Below the pieces are notes generated by a model. The model searched no databases. It saw only the letters and a program-made list of their open reading frames with translations, and was not told the DNA's origin. From an uncultured Gammaproteobacteria bacterium (GTDB lineage Bacteria > Pseudomonadota > Gammaproteobacteria > JAURND01): 64,000 nt of DNA. The position numbers and the translations under genes are program-made. Shown here one piece after another: positions 42,044 through 51,979 of the stretch (its first letter is position 1; every line of letters starts with the position of its first letter). The stretch spans positions 384,001 to 448,000 of the forward strand of contig CAVQQD010000003.1 in assembly GCA_963714975.1 (NCBI GenBank), in the 5' to 3' direction.

Positions 42044-43593
42044 CAATGGCACTACCTTAAGCCACAGAATATTTTAAAATCCTTTTATTTATTTTACGTA
42101 GCAATTTTTCTTTTTCGATTGCTCTGTTTCTCTTCAAGGCTGGAAATGGTTTCGGTCTTTGCTTGACTAGCCTGGGCTCCACCCTATCTGGTCTATTTCC
42201 AACTTTGTTTTGCACAATTAATTTTAACATCTCAATATACATTTTATGGTTGCTCACCTGATTTGAGCTTATAAAATAAGGAATAAATTCATTTAGTAGC
42301 TGCACACTTCCCTTAAAGCTTATTTCCCATGGATTAACGCCATACTCATAACAAGCTTTTGCTATAATTATTCTGATAAAATTATATGCTAATAAATGAA
42401 TTCCTATTTCTTTTCTAACCATTTCTGGTGTTTTGCACGATAACATATCCATATTCATGATACTTTTAATACTTCGCAAATTAAGCTCCACCTCCTACCT
42501 TCGCTTATATATTTGGGCAAGCTCTGCTTTGTGGTATTTTTTGTCTAAAAATGTTGTAACGTATATGTGGCCTGATACTTTAAATTCCCGTATGGAAATT
42601 TGATCGGGGTATGCCTCATATTGCTTTTGTGTCATCCATTCCGGTTTCTGTGGTTTCTCCCAGTTGACAATGTGATCATTTTTACCCAATTTTTGTCCCA
42701 TTCTAAAATCATAATTCCTTTGACTTTGTCCGCGAAAAACACCATCAGCTCCTATTTTTTTTAAGTCCGCCATAAGAAAAAAATTGGGGTAATAACGGTC
42801 ACCCAGCACAATATCGTCGGCTTTAATGCAGTTTATAATTTCTCTTAATAATGAGATTTCTCCTGTGCCCTTTCCTTTGTGAGCCCCTATTGCATAATCT
42901 ATTACGGTTCCCCGCGTCAGTGACATAACGGCTACTATTCGCGCCATAGGAAATCCAGCCCCTTTTTTCTGATTACCATGCTGAGGAAATTTTTTTTGAT
43001 TAGCTTTTGTATCCGACATTTTGACGGTAGATCCATCAAATGCTTTTAATTCTCGGCCATAGACTTTCCATCTCATTGGAATAGATTTCAAAGGGAAAGC
43101 TCCAGATTCTTTAACTAATGCCTTCACAGTATCTTCAGGCAATCGCTTTCTGGCCTTACAATAGGGGCCAGTATTTGAGCTTATTTTATTCTGCTTCTTT
43201 TTTTTACTATGCAGCTGCTCCACAACAACACCAGCAACCGCTTTTTTGCAGGATTTATCTGGATTTAAAACTTGTTTAATAAACGTAAATAAGGTTTTGG
43301 TGGGGCTATATATCCGGTCACGATATTCCCGGCACTCTCTAAGTATCTTCTGACATTTTTCTGAATTCAATAGGTTTAACAGGAAAATGTCTGGTGCACC
43401 ATCAGCCAATTCTTGTCTTTTATTTTTAACTTGCTTAATTTTATTTTTCTTTTTAAAATTCACAGATCAGTTTCCTTTTTTTATTATTGTGTGTTTGCTA
43501 CAACAATAATATTAAATTTGGAAACTGATTTCATCTTTTTTCATCTAAATCATAGGCTTATATTCATCTTTGCTCCTTAAGGTAGTGCCATTG
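42044..43593 (-). mobile_element. IS4-family element with perfect 18-bp TIRs and 11-bp target duplication
   Basis: TIR CAATGGCACTACCTTAAG at both ends; CATTCCAGATC at 42033-42043 and 43594-43604. Confidence 0.95.
42057..43463 (-). pseudogene. IS4 transposase with an in-frame TAG in the YREK motif
   Basis: FDGS and GDRYY motifs, then YKRR*EVELNLRSIK with a stop at 42495-42497 where W (TGG) is expected. Confidence 0.88.
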
Positions 43594-43849
43594 CATTCCA
43601 GATCAAGCTTTGAAAAAGGATGATTGGTTAAGTATAATGCACATTACTATGAAGTATATTCGAGCACCAGATATGTTGCCCCATCTGGCGGGCTTGGCAA
43701 ATGCCTGGAGAATAGTGGATCAGGCAGGTGGGCATGATTATTTAGAAGCAGTCTTTACTTATATTCTTGACCAAGCTGAAATAAGTAATCTCGATAAATT
43801 ATTTGAGCTCATACAAGAAAGTTTATCTAATAACTCACAGGAGAACGTT

Positions 43850-44083
43850 ATGACCATTGCACAACAATTAATAGAACGAGGGCGCCAAGAAGCTATGACC
43901 ATTGCACAACAATTAATAGAACGAGGGCGCCAAGAAGGGCGACAACAGGGTCAGTTTGAAACGGCGGAAGCAATAGCCAAAAGACTTTTACAAACAGATT
44001 TTTCTATTGAGCAAGTAGCCCGATTTACCACGCTGCCGCCAGAAATAGTGGCTAAGCTAGAGCAAGAGCAGACGGTTACCTAG
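43850..44083 (+). CDS. Putative internally initiated Rpn C-terminal small protein (RpnS-like)
   Basis: AGGAG RBS before the ATG of MTIAQQL; 45-bp-period duplication at 43849-43937. Confidence 0.6.
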   Translation: MTIAQQLIERGRQEAMTIAQQLIERGRQEGRQQGQFETAEAIAKRLLQTDFSIEQVARFTTLPPEIVAKLEQEQTVT

Positions 44084-44159
44084 ATGCAGGTGCATACACC
44101 TGTTACACTAAGCAATACGCATTAGCCCTAGATCATTGCAGCACACGGATACAAAGCTC

Positions 44160-45290
44160 ATGAAACTAACATTGGTTTGGCAGCAATTACGTACCCATGA
44201 ACTAGCACTATTGGTTGGTATAATTAGTGTGATTATGCTGTACGTATTAAAAGCCTATGGTGTCATGGGCTCGGTTAACCCAATTGTAGCTCTGGGTGTG
44301 TTTATCTGGCTGTTCCTGGTCATCTTGTATTGTGTATTCCTCGTTGTTCGGCACGCGGAAGCCTTGGCTAAATTACTGAGAGAACCACTTGGCACCTTAG
44401 TGCTCACTTTGTCAGTGATCACCATTGAAATTGTTATTATCACGAGCGTGATGTTGGTGGGTGCCGAAATGCCTTCATTAGCCCGGGATACCATGTATTC
44501 CGTGATCATGGTAATTCTCAATGGTATGGTTGGCATTAGTTTACTGTTAGGCGGGTGGCGACATCGTGAACAGAGTTTCAACTTACAGGGTTCTTGCGCA
44601 TTTCTAAGCGCTATCTTAATAATTGCCGTCGTAGGTCTTATATTGCCCTCTCATACCTTGTCTACCAAGGGACCCACCTTCTCGTACTTACAAAGCCTAT
44701 TCTTTATCATCACTTCTATCAGCATTTATGTGGTATTTTTGGCGATGCAAACTGGCCCTTACCGCCGCTATTTTATCGATTCATTAGATAACACCTACCC
44801 GAGGCCTCCTGCTCATCAGGCAGCTAGAACTGTACGTTACTACTCATTACCTACGCACTTGATATTGCTAATACTTTATCTGTTAATCACGGCGATTTTG
44901 GCAAAAGGTATCGCCACGCCGGTTGATTTTATCCTAATCAAGCTGCATCAACCGCCTGCTCTTGGCGGTTTTATTGTCGCGATACTGATTTTATCCCCCG
45001 AAGCGTTTGCCGCTATTCGAGCCTCGATGTCAAACCAACTGCAACGCGCCATGAATATTTTATTAGGTTCAGTGTTGGCCACTATTAGCTTAACTATTCC
45101 GGCCGTATTAACTGTAGGTTTTTTTACTGGGAAGCATGTCGTATTAGGTTTAGGTGGGATTGACTCGATTATGTTAATGCTGACCTTGTTAGTGAGCATT
45201 TTAACCTTTAGTAATGGCAAAACTAATGTATTTCAGGGGTTGCTGCATCTATTAATTTTTGTCACTTATGTAGTACTGATCTATGATTAA
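44160..45290 (+). CDS. chaA: Ca2+/H+ antiporter, ChaA family
   Basis: EPLGTLVLTLSVITIE, LARDT, LSPEA and GSVLATISLTIPAV motifs. Confidence 0.9.
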   Translation: MKLTLVWQQLRTHELALLVGIISVIMLYVLKAYGVMGSVNPIVALGVFIWLFLVILYCVFLVVRHAEALAKLLREPLGTLVLTLSVITIEIVIITSVMLVGAEMPSLARDTMYSVIMVILNGMVGISLLLGGWRHREQSFNLQGSCAFLSAILIIAVVGLILPSHTLSTKGPTFSYLQSLFFIITSISIYVVFLAMQTGPYRRYFIDSLDNTYPRPPAHQAARTVRYYSLPTHLILLILYLLITAILAKGIATPVDFILIKLHQPPALGGFIVAILILSPEAFAAIRASMSNQLQRAMNILLGSVLATISLTIPAVLTVGFFTGKHVVLGLGGIDSIMLMLTLLVSILTFSNGKTNVFQGLLHLLIFVTYVVLIYD

Positions 45291-45330
45291 TTGTTTCTGT
45301 AACCATTCAGCACAGGATAGAAACAGGCAT

Positions 45331-46866
45331 CTATGGCTGATAGATCAGGTCGGTGCTTTCGTCGTGTTGCAATGCGGCTTGTTCGTCAAGTTCTTTACTT
45401 AATTGCCTCGCCTGTGCGAGTGTCTGGTGAATATGAGGCGCTTCATTGCCCTCTTGGCGGAAGTCGGTGTAAACACTTCCATATTGTGGATGTAACAATT
45501 CTTCTGCTTTCTGTAGATTAGTTCTAGAATCTTCTATTAAAATGATGTTGCGGTCCTGGGGATCTCTATTAAAATGTTTAGCTGCTGCACAGAGATGAAA
45601 GTTTTTACCATGGCTTTTTTGTGCCTTCTCTTCAGGAAGCCAGCTTTCTATATGGATATTTTTAAGGATCTGTTCATCCAATCCAATTTTTTCTTTCAAG
45701 AAGCGCCGAATTAACTCGACATGCGGATTATAACTCACGATAGCAATATCGTGACCCGCATAGAACAATTCTTCGAATGCTGTCTTCCATTCATGCGCTA
45801 AACCGCGGGGCTTGATATTTTGGATAGCTTTCCATTGCGTCTCTGTGTTTGTATCGTGCAGTCCACAGAGGGTGAGCATCTCATAAACATGCTGGTTGGT
45901 TATGGTTTCATCAAAATCAAAAGCGATAAGCCCCCTTTTTATTGGCCGACTTGCTTTATTCTCTAGGGTGGGTCTTCGGTTTTGCGCGCCATTTGAGCCG
46001 ATGTTGGAGGATTTTGCTTGTCTGATAAATGGTGCAGCTAGAAGGCTAAGAGCAAGTATTATCGAAAAAGTTACGCTGATAGCTAAGGTACTCTCCGAAG
46101 AGAGGTTCAATTTATCCCCTAATACATTTGCCATCGAATAAGTCCCAAATGCTATTCCTGGTATCATGGCAAGATAACTAAGGGTTAGTAGAACATGAGC
46201 ATGAGCATTTGAGTTATTCTTCTGCTGAAATTGTGGTTTATTGGTTATAGTAGCAGTACCGTGAAATATTATAGTAGCAACTAGATGGAGTATTGCGGCA
46301 GGTAAGGCATAGGGGGAGGGAAGTCCTAGATATATAAAACCAGAACTAACTACTGTAGCTGTAATGTTTGCAGCTAAATCTGAGTAGGTGGTGTTGCCTA
46401 ATTGGCAGCTTTGGGTAGATTTTGCCGGGTCTAATTTTTGTTTTGCCTGCTTGTAGACCTCCCGAGAGAAATTGGCTGTGGCTAGGGCCAATATTAGCGC
46501 AACAGTTATACTGATAGCTAAGCTAGCTTCTGAAGAGATAGCCAATTTTTCCCCTAATACATTCGTCGCTTCATAATATGCAAATGGCACTCCTGCTATA
46601 AAGGGTAAAGCGCTAGCAAAAAGCACTTTGTTATAGGTATTGATTTTCTGCTCATTGTCTTGCTTTGGTGCACTCGATATCAATTGACATTGTTTCTCAA
46701 TTACGTAGTTATGTATTATATACGCTGTTAGATTGATTATGGCCAAGGGTAAAGCATAGGGCGAAGGAGTTCCTAGGTATATAAAGCCTGAATTAATAGT
46801 AGCAAATGTTGCGAAAACTGAGAGGTAATTGATGTCAGCAATGTTATCGCGTGTGTTTTGTTGCAT
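45331..46866 (-). CDS. Membrane protein with duplicated TM module and C-terminal HAD-like domain; candidate effector
   Basis: Two copies of SGFIYLG.PSPYALP and NVLG.KL..SSE..LAIS; IAFDFDETIT, IVSYN and LIEDS motifs. Confidence 0.72.
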   Translation of the reverse strand: MQQNTRDNIADINYLSVFATFATINSGFIYLGTPSPYALPLAIINLTAYIIHNYVIEKQCQLISSAPKQDNEQKINTYNKVLFASALPFIAGVPFAYYEATNVLGEKLAISSEASLAISITVALILALATANFSREVYKQAKQKLDPAKSTQSCQLGNTTYSDLAANITATVVSSGFIYLGLPSPYALPAAILHLVATIIFHGTATITNKPQFQQKNNSNAHAHVLLTLSYLAMIPGIAFGTYSMANVLGDKLNLSSESTLAISVTFSIILALSLLAAPFIRQAKSSNIGSNGAQNRRPTLENKASRPIKRGLIAFDFDETITNQHVYEMLTLCGLHDTNTETQWKAIQNIKPRGLAHEWKTAFEELFYAGHDIAIVSYNPHVELIRRFLKEKIGLDEQILKNIHIESWLPEEKAQKSHGKNFHLCAAAKHFNRDPQDRNIILIEDSRTNLQKAEELLHPQYGSVYTDFRQEGNEAPHIHQTLAQARQLSKELDEQAALQHDESTDLIYQP

Positions 46867-47011
46867 AGTTCATTTACCTAATATCTTGTCATCGATGCTA
46901 ATTATTTGCATATTTTACATAATTCTGCCTAAAAGTAAAGGCAAAATGCTGCCCTGGGGCAGAAATACTGCGGGTTGGGTGAGGATGTGCTTTTTTTGGC
47001 TATAAGCCATT

Positions 47012-48532
47012 TCATACACCCTCACCCGCCTTCGGTCCCCTCTCCCGCAAGCGGGAGAGGGGACTTGCTGGGCTCTCACCTGCCTTCACCCATTCTTCCG
47101 CAAGCGGGGGAGGGGCTTTAGATAAGTAACCTGCCAATTCGTCCAGCAGTGCGTGTTCAACGCTATCCAGGGTTTTTTCCGTGCGGATTTTGTGGATAAT
47201 TTCCAGCGCTTGTTGCCGAGTCAAGCGCTGATTGCCGCGAAAATCAAGCGGAGTTAATGCGGGTTCATCAGGATTAAGGCTCGATAAATACTGATTAAAT
47301 TCTTGCTGTAATTCTGGGGTGAGATCCGAAAAATAATTGCGTCCCAGGTAACGCAGCACTATAGTTCGTAACACTGGGTGGGTAAATTGCCCCACCATGC
47401 TAAGTTTTTGCGCAATGGGGGCTTGGCGAAATAAATGACATAGACTTTCCTCTTCACGGCTCAAAAAACCATTCTCATATAATGTCGTTTCGATATCAGC
47501 GCCAGGTATTTTGGGATAGGTATAATTTTGATAATAAGCTTGGATTGCCTTAAAAATGGCAGCATTTTCCTGCAACCATTGCAGATTGCTTTGGGTGATG
47601 GCTTGCCGTTCGTCAGTTAAATGCTGGGTAAAGCGTGGCAGGTAAGGCAAAATTATTCCGCCTTCGCCAGTTTTTTTGCGGCAGACCCAGGTATTCTCTG
47701 CGATAGTGTCTGGATGCGTCGAGGAGAGGATTGATTGGTCCAAACGTAACCAGAGCTGTTGGTTTTTATAATGCTGATGTTGGCCTAAATAAAGTACCGG
47801 AAATTGATATTGATTATCAGCACCGGTTTCCCCAATCATCAGGGCCAAGTAGTGCGTCTCGTCGCTTATAAATCCTACCGGTAATTGTTGCCTACGGCTT
47901 TGGTTAGTGGCTTTAGCAAAACTGCCCATGGCATACTCCCACATTTTCGTATGGGCGCGAAAATGCTTGGCTAGGGCTAAAGTGGCTTCAACATCGACCA
48001 GTGCATTATGCGCTGACCCACTGGCAAGCTGATTAGCTTGATTTAAATTCTCTAATTTGAGTGAAAGCTTGTCATTGAGTCTAGGCCAAATAAGGTTAAC
48101 TGCCTCATTCGTGTTGTACAAAAAATATAATTGGGTGATCGGTAATAAATCGAAACGACCACAATCATTGCTCCATTGGTGGGTGTAGGGAGGCAATAAA
48201 TTGCGATAAAAAGCAAAGCGTAGAAATTCATCGTCAAAGCGCAGGGTATTATAACCACCACTTTGGGTCCCGGGAGTGTTGACCAATTTATGAATTTGCG
48301 CAATGACACTAGCTTCTGGGCTGCCTGCTAACATTTGCGCGATCGAGATTCGATGAATGAGTATTGCCGCAGGTTCTGGAATTACATCGCAATTCAATTT
48401 AATGCGGTATTCATAACGTTCCAGCTCATTTAAGTTTAAATCGGTACGAATAGCGGCAAATTGTAATATTTGATCAAAACATTTACTACGCCCAGTGGTT
48501 TCTAAGTCGTAAAATAGATAGGTTTTATTCAT
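47012..48532 (-). CDS. sbcB: Exonuclease I
   Basis: FYDLETTG, QFAAIRTD, GYNTLRFDDE and HNALVDV motifs. Confidence 0.93.
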   Translation of the reverse strand: MNKTYLFYDLETTGRSKCFDQILQFAAIRTDLNLNELERYEYRIKLNCDVIPEPAAILIHRISIAQMLAGSPEASVIAQIHKLVNTPGTQSGGYNTLRFDDEFLRFAFYRNLLPPYTHQWSNDCGRFDLLPITQLYFLYNTNEAVNLIWPRLNDKLSLKLENLNQANQLASGSAHNALVDVEATLALAKHFRAHTKMWEYAMGSFAKATNQSRRQQLPVGFISDETHYLALMIGETGADNQYQFPVLYLGQHQHYKNQQLWLRLDQSILSSTHPDTIAENTWVCRKKTGEGGIILPYLPRFTQHLTDERQAITQSNLQWLQENAAIFKAIQAYYQNYTYPKIPGADIETTLYENGFLSREEESLCHLFRQAPIAQKLSMVGQFTHPVLRTIVLRYLGRNYFSDLTPELQQEFNQYLSSLNPDEPALTPLDFRGNQRLTRQQALEIIHKIRTEKTLDSVEHALLDELAGYLSKAPPPLAEEWVKAGESPASPLSRLRERGPKAGEGV

Positions 48533-48609
48533 GGATATCCCGTTGTTCCGGTGCCGGCTGGATCTAGCGCCCGGTAGTCATGAGCTAATAGTAAATGATC
48601 TCAGTGGGC

Positions 48610-48637
48610 TTGCCTAGTTTTGGGTGAGTGCTAGAAT
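48610..48637 (+). promoter_or_regulatory. Putative sigma70 promoter of the trehalose/glycogen cluster
   Basis: TTGCCT, 16 nt, TAGAAT with an extended TG. Confidence 0.4.
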
Positions 48638-48661
48638 AGGGGGTGATCTAAACAGGGAGGT

Positions 48662-51600
48662 GTGATGGATAATGCTGAGGAACATATTCCGCGTTGGTAT
48701 CAGGAAGCCATTATTTATGAGCTTCATGTCCGCGCTTTTTTCGATAGTAATAAAGACGGTAGTGGCGATTTTCGTGGCTTAATTCAAAAGCTTGATTATT
48801 TGCAGAACCTAGGGGTTACTGCGATTTGGTTGCTACCTTTTTATCCCTCACCGTTAAGGGACGACGGCTATGATATTTCTGACTACACTAATGTCCATCC
48901 CACTTATGGAAACCTGGCCGATTTTAAATTAATGCTGCGTGAAGCGCATCGCCGCAATATTCGCGTTATCACCGAGTTAGTAGTCAATCATACTTCCGAT
49001 CAGCATCCATGGTTTCAGCGGGCACGCCGTGCCAAACCCGGCAGTCAATGGCGTGATTTTTATGTGTGGAGTAATACCACCCAGCGATTTGAAGATGCCA
49101 GAATTATTTTTCAAGATTTTGAATCGTCCAACTGGACTTGGGACCCGGTAGCTCAGGCCTATTATTGGCACCGGTTTTATGCTAATCAACCAGATCTCAA
49201 TTTTGATAATCCCTTGGTGCAAAAAGCGGTGCAGCAATGGTTGGATTTTTGGTTGAATTTGGGAGTAGATGGTCTACGTTTAGACGCGATTCCTTATCTT
49301 TATAAACGTGAAGGAACTAATTGTGAAAATTTGCCAGAGACCCATGCATTCTTAAAAAAAATCCGTCAACACATTAATGAAAAATATGCCGATCGCATGT
49401 TGTTAGCGGAGGCCAATCAATGGCCAGAAGATGCTGTCACTTATTTTGGCAACGGCGATGAATGTCATATGGCCTTTCATTTTCCATTGATGCCCAGAAT
49501 GTTTATGGCCTTGCAAATGGAAGATCGATTTCCCCTGGTGGATATCTTACAGCAAACCCCCGAAATTCCCTCCTCTTGCCAATGGTGTATTTTCTTGCGT
49601 AATCACGATGAATTGACCCTCGAGATGGTCACCGATGAAGAACGAGATTACATGTATCAAGTCTATGCTCAAGATCCACAAGCACGGGTTAATTTAGGAA
49701 TACGCCGGCGATTGGCGCCGTTACTAAATAGTAATCGAAAAAAAATTGAATTAATGAATGCCTTATTATTTGCTATACCTGGCACTCCGGTTATTTATTA
49801 TGGAGATGAGATTGGGATGGGAGATAATTATTATTTAGGTGATCGTAATGCGGTGCGTACTCCTATGCAATGGAATGCGGATCGGAATGCTGGATTTTCT
49901 ACTTCTCATGCCCAGAGTCTTTTTCTCCCGATTATTATCGACCCTGAATATCACTACGAATCCGTCAATGTGGATACTCAAGAAAAAAACCCGGAATCCT
50001 TATTATGGTGGATGAAAAGATTAATTGCGTTACGCAAACGTTATCCAGCATTAGCATTAGGAAAGATCCAATTTTTATTTCCAGAGAATCCAAAAGTTCT
50101 CGCGTTCACGACTAGTTATAAAGATCAAACCTTATTAATTGTGGCGAATTTTTCTCGTTTTAGTGAATATGTTGAGTTAGATTTGTCTGATTGGGAGGGA
50201 AATAGTTTGCTTGAACTATTTGGGCAATCAGAATTCCCGGCAGTCACCGGGAAATCCTATTTCCTAAGTTTGGGCCCCCATGCATTTTATTGGTTTTTGT
50301 TGAAATCGAAATCATCTGAAATATCTGAAATTTCTGAGAGTGAAAATCCTATTATGGAAGTTGCGATTCGTGGTAGTTGGGATCGCTTATTAAAAGAAAG
50401 CGATCAAGCTCATTTAGAATCTATTTTACTTAATTATTTACCTCAGCAACGTTGGTTTGGGCGCAAGAATTTTAAGATAAAACAACTGCAACTAGAAGAA
50501 TCCCTCTCTATCTTTATTGAGGATAGGAGATTTTACCTACTTTTTGTTGAGGTTATTGATGTAAAAGATCAGAAAACAATTTATTTTTTACCAATTACCA
50601 GCATAAAAGAACAAGATAACGAGATATTAAAAGAAATTCCACAGACCGCGTTAATTGCCAAAATTGTGCCTGAGAACGAATATTTAATCGATGCGAGCTT
50701 TGATCAAAAATTATGCGATAGGGTGATTAAATACATTGCCAGAGGGCAGAAAATACGCGGGAAAAAAGGTATTTTATCTGCACAAAATACTTCAATATTC
50801 AAATCTTTAGCTTTAAAAAATCAATCGGCAGATTTGACGCTATTAAGTTCAGAACAAACCAATACTTCGATTAAGTACGGAACTGAATTTATTTTGAAAT
50901 ATTATCGACGCTGTCAGGCAGGAGTCAATCCAGAAATAGAAATTGGTCAATTTTTAACTGAGAAACAGCGCTTTCCTTACTCTCCAGCCTTTGCGGGATG
51001 TCTAGAATATATCGATAGGAGTGGAAAAGTTATATCATTAGCGGTTCTTCATCAATTTATCCAACATGAGACTGATGGTTGGCAGTATACCTTAGATCAT
51101 ATTAATCGTTTTTTTGAAAAAATATTAACTGAAAATAGCAATTTGCCAACGATAATTCCACATCCAGAATTATCTCACAATTTTTTTGAGAATGAGCACC
51201 CCATCCCAGAGGAAGTAAAATCATTACTTGGTAATTATATTTATATGGTCAACTTATTAGGCCAGCATACTGCAGAGCTGCATATTGTGCTTGCTTCTAA
51301 TGCTGAAGAGCTTGATTTTGCTCCCGAAGTGTTTTCCACCTTTCATCAACGTGCGCTGTATCAATCTATCCGGTCGTTGGTGGGCAGAACGTTTAGTCAG
51401 TTAAAAAAGGCAACGGTAAATTTGGACGGCGAAGTAGCCAATTATGCCCGAAAAATTTTAGATTCTTCCGAAAGAGTTGATGCAATCTTACGTAAAATTA
51501 TTAATCGCAAGATAAGTGGATTACGTATTCGTAGCCATGGTGATTTTCATTTAGGTCAGGTGATCTTTACCGGTAAAGATTTTATGTTGGTCGATTTTGA

Positions 51601-51979
51601 AGGAGAGCCAGAGCGTTCCTTATCGGAGCGGCGAATCAAACGATCACCCCTAGTAGATGTTGCTGGGATGCTAAGATCGTTTCATTATGCTGCTATGTCC
51701 GCATTATTTGGTCCAACCTCATTGGTCAGAAAAGAAGACATCAAAACTTTAGAGTCTTGGGCAAATTTTTGGAATCAATGGGTCCGGGTATGTTTCTTAA
51801 ATGGGTATTTTTCGAAAGCAAAAAATCAATCATTCCTTCCAAAAAATCAAAAAGATTTCGCACTGTTATTAAAAATATTTATGCTAGAAAAAGCTGTTTA
51901 TGAAATTAATTACGAATTAAATAATAGGCCTGAATGGTTAGAAATTCCTTGTCGTGGTTTAGTTGAGCTATTAGAATGA
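48662..51979 (+). CDS. treS: Trehalose synthase TreS fused to maltokinase (Mak/Pep2)
   Basis: RLDAIPYL, AEANQWP and FLRNHDELTLEMV; C-terminal EQTNTS, HGDFHLGQ and DFEGEP. Confidence 0.95.
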   Translation: MMDNAEEHIPRWYQEAIIYELHVRAFFDSNKDGSGDFRGLIQKLDYLQNLGVTAIWLLPFYPSPLRDDGYDISDYTNVHPTYGNLADFKLMLREAHRRNIRVITELVVNHTSDQHPWFQRARRAKPGSQWRDFYVWSNTTQRFEDARIIFQDFESSNWTWDPVAQAYYWHRFYANQPDLNFDNPLVQKAVQQWLDFWLNLGVDGLRLDAIPYLYKREGTNCENLPETHAFLKKIRQHINEKYADRMLLAEANQWPEDAVTYFGNGDECHMAFHFPLMPRMFMALQMEDRFPLVDILQQTPEIPSSCQWCIFLRNHDELTLEMVTDEERDYMYQVYAQDPQARVNLGIRRRLAPLLNSNRKKIELMNALLFAIPGTPVIYYGDEIGMGDNYYLGDRNAVRTPMQWNADRNAGFSTSHAQSLFLPIIIDPEYHYESVNVDTQEKNPESLLWWMKRLIALRKRYPALALGKIQFLFPENPKVLAFTTSYKDQTLLIVANFSRFSEYVELDLSDWEGNSLLELFGQSEFPAVTGKSYFLSLGPHAFYWFLLKSKSSEISEISESENPIMEVAIRGSWDRLLKESDQAHLESILLNYLPQQRWFGRKNFKIKQLQLEESLSIFIEDRRFYLLFVEVIDVKDQKTIYFLPITSIKEQDNEILKEIPQTALIAKIVPENEYLIDASFDQKLCDRVIKYIARGQKIRGKKGILSAQNTSIFKSLALKNQSADLTLLSSEQTNTSIKYGTEFILKYYRRCQAGVNPEIEIGQFLTEKQRFPYSPAFAGCLEYIDRSGKVISLAVLHQFIQHETDGWQYTLDHINRFFEKILTENSNLPTIIPHPELSHNFFENEHPIPEEVKSLLGNYIYMVNLLGQHTAELHIVLASNAEELDFAPEVFSTFHQRALYQSIRSLVGRTFSQLKKATVNLDGEVANYARKILDSSERVDAILRKIINRKISGLRIRSHGDFHLGQVIFTGKDFMLVDFEGEPERSLSERRIKRSPLVDVAGMLRSFHYAAMSALFGPTSLVRKEDIKTLESWANFWNQWVRVCFLNGYFSKAKNQSFLPKNQKDFALLLKIFMLEKAVYEINYELNNRPEWLEIPCRGLVELLE

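Larger units (their letters stand above)
41551..44083 (+). pseudogene. Rpn/YhgA-like nuclease gene disrupted by IS4
   Basis: HDRFFR, TDIVFS, EHRS and PLIYPIVFYHG motifs; removing the IS and one repeat copy restores DLNTIPDQALKKDD in frame. Confidence 0.88.

Noticed and set aside
43849-43937. 44-nt identical direct repeat as a mini-CRISPR
   Set aside because: Tandem in-frame duplication with a 1-nt gap, typical of Rpn C-termini.
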